In this document: positions 56,807-64,000 of the stretch, in pieces
Numbering within the stretch: the stretch's first letter is position 1
How the letters are laid out: every line of letters starts with the position of its first letter
From: Treponemataceae bacterium
GTDB lineage: Bacteria; Spirochaetota; Spirochaetia; Treponematales; Rectinemataceae
DNA: 64,000 bases
NCBI GenBank assembly: GCA_963678065.2
Contig: CAXXVZ010000002.1
Location: 1-64,000 of the forward strand
Direction of reading: 5' to 3'
Translations under genes and position numbers: made by a program
Notes under the pieces: generated by a model
Told to the model about the DNA's origin: nothing
Seen by the model: the letters and a program-made list of their open reading frames with translations, nothing else
Database searches by the model: none

Positions 56807-58500
56807 AATTTCCTCCCGCGTCGTTTCAAAAGCGATGCCGCGAAGCCGAGGACATCCTCCGGCGGCGTCTCGAGGCGTCTGCCCTCGACCCAGGTTTCCC
56901 TGACCCGCAGGCTGTGTATTCTGTCCCTCGGAACCTCGAAGGGGTCCTCGTCGAGGACGGCGAAATCGGCGAACTTGCCCGGCTCGAGAGTTCCGCGCTC
57001 GTCTTCCTCGAAGGCCGCGTAGGCCCCTCCGAAACTGTAGGCCCGAAGTGCCTGATAGACCGTGAGCCTCTCGGATGCGACCGGATGGTCCACCGCGCCG
57101 GCGATCTGGACAAAGGGATCGAAGTCCTGGACGGGGGCGTCGGTGGACAGGGCGAGGACGCAGCCGGCATCGTGCATGGATTTCAGGGGAGTCATGAGCC
57201 CGCGCGTTTCGGCGTCGAGGGCTTCGTCGTAGGAGTGGACGAAGTGCGAATCCGCCCAGAGAAAGCCGGGCTGGACTGCCGTCACGATCCTGCGGCGCCC
57301 GGCCCTCTCGACCTGATCGGGCCGGGGAAGCTCGAAGTGCTCGATGCGCAGGCGCGCCGCGTTGGAGGGGTCTCCCGTCTCATCGAGAACGCGCTCGCAG
57401 GCGGAAAGCACGGATTCGATGGCTCGGGTTCCGATGGCGTGGGCCGAAGTCTGGTATCCTGAGCGGACGAAGGGCGCGATGAGGCTGTAGGCCTCATCCG
57501 GGCTGCGGTAGAGTTCCCCCCGGTGGCCGGGTCTGTCCAGGTAGTCGCGCTCGAGGGCGGCGCTGCGCGAGGAGATCGAGCCGTCCATCTCCCACGCGAG
57601 GCAGCCTCCGACGCGCCGGCGCGACAGGAGGCGGAGCTTCGGGCCGAGCCTGGCGGGATCGGTGTACTGGATGTAGAGTTTGAGCCGCAGTTGAAGATGA
57701 CCAGCGACGAGGCCGAGGATGGAGAGGCCGGGATCGCTCTTCGCGTCGTCGAATCCCTCCAGGCAGTGGATCGTGGACAGGCCTGACCGGGCCGCCTCCC
57801 CGACAGCGTGAGAAAAGCCCCGGGCCAGCGCGGAGAACGACAGGCTTTTCATGATGCCGTCGGTCACCTTCCCCATGTTGAACTCGTGGGCTTCGCCCGT
57901 GAGAAGGCCGTCGCGGGCGATTTTTTCGAAACCGAAAAGCCTCTGCGCGGGCGTGGAGTAAGCCGAAGAGTGCCCGTCCATGGCGAAGATGGCGACGACG
58001 CGGCCCGGAAGCCAGGCGTCGAGTTCGGCGGCCGTGGGCAGGCGCCGCTCCGCGAGGCCGCCGGCAAAGGCGCCGTAACCCAAAATGGGGCCGCGGGGAA
58101 TCGTGCGCGCGTGGGCGAGAAGGAGCTCGGCCAGCCCTTCGAGCCGGTCCGGCATGATTCGGCCGTTTTCCAGCCGGCCGAGCCTGACAGCGAGAGCGGA
58201 GAGTGCGACTTTGGGCATGAAGTGGGCGTGGGCGTCCGTGAAGGCGGGCACGACGATTTTTCCGCCCAGGTCGACGATATCGCAGTCTTCACGCGCGCCG
58301 GCGGCGCCCTCCGGAAGACCGGCGGCAGGCTGCCCCGCGTCGCTTCCCCGCGCGCCCCGCGTCCCGGCTCCCGACGCTTCCGCCGGTATGAGCCGGACGA
58401 TCCTTCCGTCGGCGCCGACCAGCATGGAGGAAAATTCTTCGCCTTCCGCGGCGAGGCCGTAGATCCTGCATCCAGTGAAGAGGGTCGGGCGCTTCATCAT
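56803..58500 (-). CDS. Amidohydrolase 3 family (YtcJ-like)
   Basis: PAFTDAHAH, DGHS, AHAIG, RIEH, STDAP, GTLEPGKFADF; start approximate. Confidence 0.88.
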   Translation of the reverse strand: MMKRPTLFTGCRIYGLAAEGEEFSSMLVGADGRIVRLIPAEASGAGTRGARGSDAGQPAAGLPEGAAGAREDCDIVDLGGKIVVPAFTDAHAHFMPKVALSALAVRLGRLENGRIMPDRLEGLAELLLAHARTIPRGPILGYGAFAGGLAERRLPTAAELDAWLPGRVVAIFAMDGHSSAYSTPAQRLFGFEKIARDGLLTGEAHEFNMGKVTDGIMKSLSFSALARGFSHAVGEAARSGLSTIHCLEGFDDAKSDPGLSILGLVAGHLQLRLKLYIQYTDPARLGPKLRLLSRRRVGGCLAWEMDGSISSRSAALERDYLDRPGHRGELYRSPDEAYSLIAPFVRSGYQTSAHAIGTRAIESVLSACERVLDETGDPSNAARLRIEHFELPRPDQVERAGRRRIVTAVQPGFLWADSHFVHSYDEALDAETRGLMTPLKSMHDAGCVLALSTDAPVQDFDPFVQIAGAVDHPVASERLTVYQALRAYSFGGAYAAFEEDERGTLEPGKFADFAVLDEDPFEVPRDRIHSLRVRETWVEGRRLETPPEDVLGFAASLLKRRGRKL

Positions 58501-58701
58501 CCTTGGCATGATACACCTCTCCCGGGCAGAAAGACACAGAGCCAACCATATTTCGCCGTTTCGACGAGCGGACCATCCCGGCGCGCCGGTCCTCCGGGTT
58601 TGCCGGATCGCGAGAATTCACGGCAACACTATCCACGGTTCATACGGCGTTCACACCGAGCGAGTAGGATCAGATCCAGCTTTCAATTCGGAGGATCCTT
58701 G

Positions 58702-59196
58702 ATGGCACAATCGAGTTCCGGCAGGATTTCTTGCGGAATTTTCCGCATCATCATGGCAGGCATCGCTCTCGCGCTTATCGCCGCTCCCATCGCTTTTTCC
58801 CAGGAATCGGGAGCGCAAAAGTCCGCCGATTGGGGCATCGTGATAAACAAGAAGGACATCACCGCAAAAGCCAAATTCTACCCTTATGCCCTGAACGGCA
58901 AGAATATGGAGGTTTTCGCGGTCAGGGCGTCGGACGGCACGATCCGCACCGCGCTCAACACATGCCAGGTCTGCTACGGCTCGGGGCGCGGGTATTACAG
59001 ACAGGAAGGCTCGGTTTTCGTCTGCCAGAACTGCGGCAACAGGTTCAGTCTCGACCAGATCGAGAAGATCAAGGGCGGCTGCAATCCGATCCCGATCCTC
59101 GGCAAAGACAAGACCGATTCAGGCGATTCGATCGGCATTTCCAAAGACTACCTCGCGAGCGTCATGCCCTATTTCGCGAGGTGGAAGAAGAACTGA
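58702..59196 (+). CDS. DUF2318 family exported Fe-S protein
   Basis: GGAGG RBS; signal/TM segment; CQVC...GYY...CQNCG...GGCNP. Confidence 0.82.
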   Translation: MAQSSSGRISCGIFRIIMAGIALALIAAPIAFSQESGAQKSADWGIVINKKDITAKAKFYPYALNGKNMEVFAVRASDGTIRTALNTCQVCYGSGRGYYRQEGSVFVCQNCGNRFSLDQIEKIKGGCNPIPILGKDKTDSGDSIGISKDYLASVMPYFARWKKN

Positions 59197-60610
59197 GCGA
59201 GACGACGAATGAGGCGCCTCCCAGGTCGGAATCCGCCACCGTGATGCTCCCTCCATGCGCTTTGACGATTTCGCGCGCGATGGCGAGTCCAAGCCCTCTG
59301 CCCCCGAGATCCGTCGACCGAGACTTGTCCATGCGGTAGAAGCGCTCGAATATGCGCTCGCGCTCCTCGTCGGGGATGCCGGGGCCGGAATCGTCGACAT
59401 ATATGAGGGCCAGGGTTCCGTTGTCAGCTCCCTGTGCGCGTACCCGCACCCTTCCGCCGGCAGGAGTATATTTGATCGCGTTCGAGATGAGGTTGTAGAT
59501 GACTTCGCCGATGCGGAGGTAATCGGCGCTGATGTGCGGCGACGGTGGACCGGGTTCTTCGACCGAGAGGGCAATCCGTTTTTCCGCGGCAGCGGACGCG
59601 AACAGCGCGACCGCCTTGTGGGCTATCTCCCCGGCATCGACTGTTTCGAGCGAGAGAGCCAGTCTGCCGGATTCGATGATCTCGAGTTCCCGCAGCATGT
59701 CGATGAGGCGCGAGAGCCGCACAGTCTCTTCGTGGACCGATTCCAGTGTCGGAATGTCGAGAGGGTACACGCCGTCGATCATCGCCTCGATGGTCCCTTG
59801 GATGAGCGTCACGGGCGTCCTGAGTTCGTGGGCCGAATCGGCGATGATCTGCTTCTTCGCCTCCTCCAGGCGCTTCAGCTCCTCGGTCATCGCGTTGAAC
59901 GAGACCGACAGATCCGACACCTCATCCCTTCCGCCCACCTTCACGGCGGCAGTGAGGTCCCCTGAGGCCACTTTTTTGACCGCGGCAGTGAGGGACACGA
60001 CCGGCCGCGTCACCTGCGCGGAAAAAACGAGGCCGAGGATGAAGGCGATGCCCGCCGAGATCAGGATGGCCCAGACAAGAGAGGTGGTGATCGAGCCCAG
60101 GAAGCGCTCGTTGATTCCGGTCAGGGAGGAATCGACCATCGAGCCGACGAGGACTGTCCCCTTTTTTTCGAAATTCACCATGATCGGCACCCCGTGCGCC
60201 AAGTGCATGGGCGGATGGACGGTGCCCAGGAGCTTGCCGGAAGTGTCGGCGACGATGATGCCGTCGCTGTCAGCCACCGCGATCCTGTCAGACAAGAGCG
60301 CGCTGATAGTCGCAGAAGGATAGGATGATGGAGACACGCCTCCGCCTTCGCCGTGGATGCGTTTGTCGAGTCCGAAAAAGACAAGCTGAGGTATCTCCGA
60401 CAGAAAAGACTGGAGGTCCCGCCAATCCTTCTTCTCGGCGTAGTAGTCGCCGAGAATCGTGGCGTAGATTTTCGCCTTTTCCGAATCGCCGGAAAAGATG
60501 AAGGAGCGGAAAACGCTCTCCGTCGTCTGGCGGACAAAGAAGAGCGTCGTGCCCGCGACTACGGCAATGACGAGGAAAAAGTATATCGACAGGCGCTCCC
60601 TGAGCTTCAC
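59162..60610 (-). CDS. HAMP-domain sensor histidine kinase (BaeS-like)
   Basis: Two TM, HAMP, AHELRTP, NAIKY, DSGPGI, GLGLAI. Confidence 0.92.
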   Translation of the reverse strand: MKLRERLSIYFFLVIAVVAGTTLFFVRQTTESVFRSFIFSGDSEKAKIYATILGDYYAEKKDWRDLQSFLSEIPQLVFFGLDKRIHGEGGGVSPSSYPSATISALLSDRIAVADSDGIIVADTSGKLLGTVHPPMHLAHGVPIMVNFEKKGTVLVGSMVDSSLTGINERFLGSITTSLVWAILISAGIAFILGLVFSAQVTRPVVSLTAAVKKVASGDLTAAVKVGGRDEVSDLSVSFNAMTEELKRLEEAKKQIIADSAHELRTPVTLIQGTIEAMIDGVYPLDIPTLESVHEETVRLSRLIDMLRELEIIESGRLALSLETVDAGEIAHKAVALFASAAAEKRIALSVEEPGPPSPHISADYLRIGEVIYNLISNAIKYTPAGGRVRVRAQGADNGTLALIYVDDSGPGIPDEERERIFERFYRMDKSRSTDLGGRGLGLAIAREIVKAHGGSITVADSDLGGASFVVSLSSSSTSRNRA

Positions 60611-61317
60611 GGGCCTGATCCCTGGGCCTGTTCCAGGAACCTGTATCCGGCGCCCCGCACCGTACCGATGAACCGAGGCTCCTCGCTGTCGTCGCCCAAA
60701 ACTTTGCGGATATTCTTGATGTGGGCGTCTATGGTCCTCTCGTAACCCTCGTAGGTGGTACCGGCGCACCCTTCGAGGATTTCGAGCCGGCTGTAGACCC
60801 TTCCGGGTTCGCGCATGAGAAAGCCGAGGATGTCCAGCTGTATGGTCGTGAGGTTGACGATCTTCCCGTCGATGCGGACCGACCTCTTTTTGAAGTCGAT
60901 CTCCACGGGGCCGCAGCGGAGCATCGATCCCTGGCCCTCCTCCTGGGGTGGCGTCGAGCTCCGGCGCAGAACGGCGCGCACGCGGGCAACGAGTTCCCTC
61001 GGGCTGAAAGGCTTGGATATGTAGTCGTCGGCGCCAAGTTCGAGCCCCACAATCTTGTCCGTCTCGTCGGTCCGGGCGGTCAGGAAGATGATGGGAACCG
61101 AGGATGATTTTCTCAGCTCGCGCGCGACATCGAGTCCATTGGAACCGGGCATATTGATGTCGAGAATGAGGCAGGCTGGCGCATGTTCCCTGAAAAGAGT
61201 GAGGGCCCGCGATCCGTCGAAGGCGAGGATAGCCTGGAATCCGGCGGCCTCGAGATAGCTTCCCACCATTCTGGCGATTTTCTCTTCATCGTCGGCGATA
61301 AGAATTTTGACAGGCAC
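60607..61317 (-). CDS. OmpR-family response regulator
   Basis: ADDE, LDINMP, GADDYISKPF, TVRGAGY; GTG start after GGGAGG. Confidence 0.92.
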   Translation of the reverse strand: MPVKILIADDEEKIARMVGSYLEAAGFQAILAFDGSRALTLFREHAPACLILDINMPGSNGLDVARELRKSSSVPIIFLTARTDETDKIVGLELGADDYISKPFSPRELVARVRAVLRRSSTPPQEEGQGSMLRCGPVEIDFKKRSVRIDGKIVNLTTIQLDILGFLMREPGRVYSRLEILEGCAGTTYEGYERTIDAHIKNIRKVLGDDSEEPRFIGTVRGAGYRFLEQAQGSGP

Positions 61318-61420
61318 GACAATCCTCCCGGCAAGGGCGAAGACACTGCGACACAATGATGGAGTCAATCGCGGAAAAACGCCAGCGGGCAGGCCTCCTC
61401 CCGAGGCGAAGACATGCCCA

Positions 61421-61486
61421 CGCCTGGGACCCAGGACGTCCGCATCCGGGACCCAGGAGGATCCGCGCCCAGGACCCAGGAGGGTC
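61421..61486. repeat. Three imperfect direct repeats with core GGACCCAGGA, period 22-23 bp
   Basis: GGGACCCAGGACG / GGGACCCAGGAGG / AGGACCCAGGAGG. Confidence 0.75.
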
Positions 61487-61519
61487 CTCAATGCCTTCGA
61501 GCCGGGATTCCCTCTGGAC

Positions 61520-62242
61520 TTATTTGAGGTTGAAGGGCTTCAGCAGCTTGTCGACGAAGACGGTCTTGCCCGCGTCGTCCTTGGTCTCAACCTTCGCGTA
61601 GACCCAGCCCTCTACTTTGGCGGGATCGACCCCCGCGGCGATGAAAGGCGCGGGATTCAGGACCCAGACGATGTCCTTGTCGTTTTTGGACATGTCCTTG
61701 GCCCACTCGAACATGTTGCCGTCGCCGAGCTTGATCCCGTAGTGGTCGAGCTTCTCGTGGTAGACGATGCGGGAGCGCTGGGTTTTGACTATCTCGGCGA
61801 AGGTCGCCTCGAAGGATTTCGCCGCGTCTGCCGGAAACTTGTCCGAACCGAGCTCGAAGTGGAGCATGAACCGGCCATTCTCTATTTCATACTTGATGCC
61901 ATCGACGGCCGGAAGCTTCGCCAGGTCGAGTCCCGCCGCGAGGAAGGGCGCCGCGTCGAAGGCAAACTCCACGTCGGGCTTGTCCATGTCGGCCATTCCG
62001 CCGCCGGATGCGGCGTTGCGTGAAAAGTCGGTGGAGAACAGCACTTCGTCTCCGGCTGCCGACCTGAGAACCCAGGATTCATCCTCTTTGGAGAACGAGA
62101 CTGTATCCTTGGATGCGTCGAGAACGGCCTTGAACGAGGTCTTCGCGACCTTTCCGACCACATCGGTGGCCGCGCAGCCGCTCACGGCCATAGCCAGGAC
62201 GATTGCAGCAATCGCTACGAAACCATATCGCACATTTTTCAT
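61520..62242 (-). CDS. Hypothetical lipoprotein downstream of copZ
   Basis: Lipobox VSGC; YHEKLDHYG, FEWAKDM motifs; host-like codon usage. Confidence 0.75.
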   Translation of the reverse strand: MKNVRYGFVAIAAIVLAMAVSGCAATDVVGKVAKTSFKAVLDASKDTVSFSKEDESWVLRSAAGDEVLFSTDFSRNAASGGGMADMDKPDVEFAFDAAPFLAAGLDLAKLPAVDGIKYEIENGRFMLHFELGSDKFPADAAKSFEATFAEIVKTQRSRIVYHEKLDHYGIKLGDGNMFEWAKDMSKNDKDIVWVLNPAPFIAAGVDPAKVEGWVYAKVETKDDAGKTVFVDKLLKPFNLK

Positions 62243-62303
62243 ACCGACTCCCTGGAACCTGATCGGTTCACTATCATCATCCGTATCATCATCGTCCACA
62301 TCA

Positions 62304-62516
62304 TCATCCGCCGAGGACAGCGGTGACCTGGTAGCCGGCTTCGGCTACGGCATGTTTGAGGGCGAGGTCATTGAGGGCTTCGCCTTCCACCATCGCGCTC
62401 TTCTTGATCAGGTCGACATCGACCTTCGTCACTCCCGGGACCTCGCTCAGCGCGGACTTCACGTGCATGACACAGTGGCCGCAGCTCATTCCTTCGATAG
62501 TAAGCAGTTTTCTCAT
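62304..62516 (-). CDS. copZ: Copper chaperone (HMA domain)
   Basis: GMSCGHC. Confidence 0.92.
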   Translation of the reverse strand: MRKLLTIEGMSCGHCVMHVKSALSEVPGVTKVDVDLIKKSAMVEGEALNDLALKHAVAEAGYQVTAVLGG

Positions 62517-62535
62517 GACAAAACCTCCGTGGTTA

Positions 62536-64000
62536 TCAATTGAACGGTTTAAACCGTTTCAGTCGCAATGCGTTGGTCAGGACCGATACTGAGCTCATAG
62601 ACATGGCGGCGGCGGCGATGATCGGATTCAGGAGCGGGCCGCCGAAAGCGTAGAGCAGGCCGGCCGCGACAGGGATTCCGAGAACGTTGTAGCCGAAGGC
62701 CCAGAACAGGTTCTGCTTGATATTCCGGATGACGTTCTTGGAGAGCTTGATCGCCGTCGGGACATCCATGAGGTCGCTTCTCATGAGGACGATGTCCGCG
62801 CTCTCCATTGCCACATCGGTGCCCGATCCTATCGCGATGCCGATATCGGCCTGCGCGAGGGCGGGGGCATCGTTGATCCCGTCTCCTACCATGGCGACCT
62901 TCCGCCCTTCGGCCTGGAGTTTCTTGACTTCGAGCGCCTTGTCCTGGGGCAGGACCTCCGCGAGCACGCGGTCGATACCGACCTGAGAAGCTATGGCCGC
63001 CGCAGTCCTCGCCGAGTCGCCGGTTATCATGGCGACCTGGATGCCCATGCCGTGGAGGGCCGCGATGGCGCGCTCGCTCGATTCCTTGACGACGTCGGCG
63101 ACCGCGATGAGTCCCGCGTACTTCCCGTCGACGGCCACGAACATGGGCGTCTTGCCTTCTCCGGCGAGCCGGTCCGCCCGGGCGGCGCCTTCGCCGAGCC
63201 CGATGCCGCTCCCGGCCATGTGCTTGGCGTTGCCGAGAAGCACGCGCCGGCCATTCGCCGTCGCCTCGATTCCGTGACCCGGAACCGCGCTGAAATCGCT
63301 CGCCTCGACGAGGGTTATGCCCTTCTCTTCCGCGGCGCGGACGATGGCCTCTCCGAGGGGATGTTCCGATCCTTTTTCAGCCGAGGCCGCGAGACCCAGG
63401 ATTTCATCCGCCGTGAAGCCACTCGCGGGTACGATGTCTGTCGTCTCCGGCCTGCCCTTCGTGATCGTCCCCGTTTTGTCGAAGACGATAGTATCTATCG
63501 TATGCGCCGTCTCGAGGGCGACGCCGGACTTGATGAGGACGCCGTGCTCGGCGCCCTTGCCCGTGCCGACCATGATGGCCGTGGGCGTCGCGAGGCCGAG
63601 GGCGCAGGGGCAGGCTATCGTGAGCACCGCCACGAAGACCGTGAGGGCGAAAACCGGCGTGTGGCCCAAAAGAAGCCAGACGAGGGCGGACAGAAGGGCG
63701 ATGACGAAGACGACCGGGACGAAGTAGCCAGAGACGATGTCGGCCATCTGGGCGATGGGAGCCTTCGAGCCCTGGGCGTCCTCGACGAGCTTTATGATGC
63801 GCGAAAGGACGGTGTCGGTGCCGACTTTCGTCGCGCGGAAAGTGATCGAGCCGTTTTTGTTGATGCTCGCGCCGATGACCGCGTCGCCGATTTCCTTCTC
63901 CACGGGCATGCTCTCCCCGGTGAGCATGGATTCATCCACGGCGCTCCGGCCGGTCACGACCTCGCCGTCGACCGGAATCTTTTCGCCCGGCCTCACGCGG
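62536..64000 (-). CDS. copA: Cu(I)-translocating P1B ATPase, 5'-truncated by window edge
   Basis: TGES, CPC, DKTGT, SEHP, GDGIND, YN and MSMSS motifs. Confidence 0.95.
   Translation of the reverse strand, partial: RVRPGEKIPVDGEVVTGRSAVDESMLTGESMPVEKEIGDAVIGASINKNGSITFRATKVGTDTVLSRIIKLVEDAQGSKAPIAQMADIVSGYFVPVVFVIALLSALVWLLLGHTPVFALTVFVAVLTIACPCALGLATPTAIMVGTGKGAEHGVLIKSGVALETAHTIDTIVFDKTGTITKGRPETTDIVPASGFTADEILGLAASAEKGSEHPLGEAIVRAAEEKGITLVEASDFSAVPGHGIEATANGRRVLLGNAKHMAGSGIGLGEGAARADRLAGEGKTPMFVAVDGKYAGLIAVADVVKESSERAIAALHGMGIQVAMITGDSARTAAAIASQVGIDRVLAEVLPQDKALEVKKLQAEGRKVAMVGDGINDAPALAQADIGIAIGSGTDVAMESADIVLMRSDLMDVPTAIKLSKNVIRNIKQNLFWAFGYNVLGIPVAAGLLYAFGGPLLNPIIAAAAMSMSSVSVLTNALRLKRFKPFN

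Noticed and set aside
61421..61486. Possible mini-CRISPR array
   Set aside because: Repeats about 10-13 bp with similar short spacers; no cas genes
62268..62306. Selenocysteine read-through of the TGA run after copZ
   Set aside because: CopZ is already complete, a TAG interrupts the run and no SECIS-like hairpin is evident

Overview
High-GC bacterial window, possibly from a free-living spirochaete (a guess from gene style only). It is almost entirely coding, and I found no rRNA, tRNA, CRISPR array or transposase. Layout: (1) 5'-truncated cyclic-nucleotide phosphodiesterase and an Hsp20 gene. (2) A ~35 kb carbohydrate/sugar-acid catabolic region (2.8-38.1 kb): sugar ABC transporter, split transketolase and GntR; a LarA-like gene; a frameshifted GlpA-like triad; talarate/galactarate dehydratase, TctABC, garR, garD, a DHDPS-family lyase and three gudD paralogues; and a sigma54 module with three -24/-12 promoters, two secreted double-domain esterases, a large secreted metallo-beta-lactamase-fold protein and a PrpR-like activator. 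(3) An intact second GlpA-like triad divergent from G1P dehydrogenase, HAD and luxS; an AT-rich CAAX protease gene; glgP; and a motif-degenerate DEAD-box protein. (4) An NDH-2/membrane-domain fusion with a polyprenyl synthase, mntP, and an amidohydrolase/permease pair. (5) A DUF2318, two-component and copZ/copA metal cluster. The most notable signals are a 139-bp two-hairpin non-coding element present twice (31342-31480 and 49807-49945), each copy just upstream of a ribosome-binding site; the sigma54 secreted-hydrolase regulon linked to aldarate catabolism; and two long palindromic operators that overlap the -10 boxes of two GntR genes in the same way. All functional calls come from motif recognition by eye; no database searches were run.
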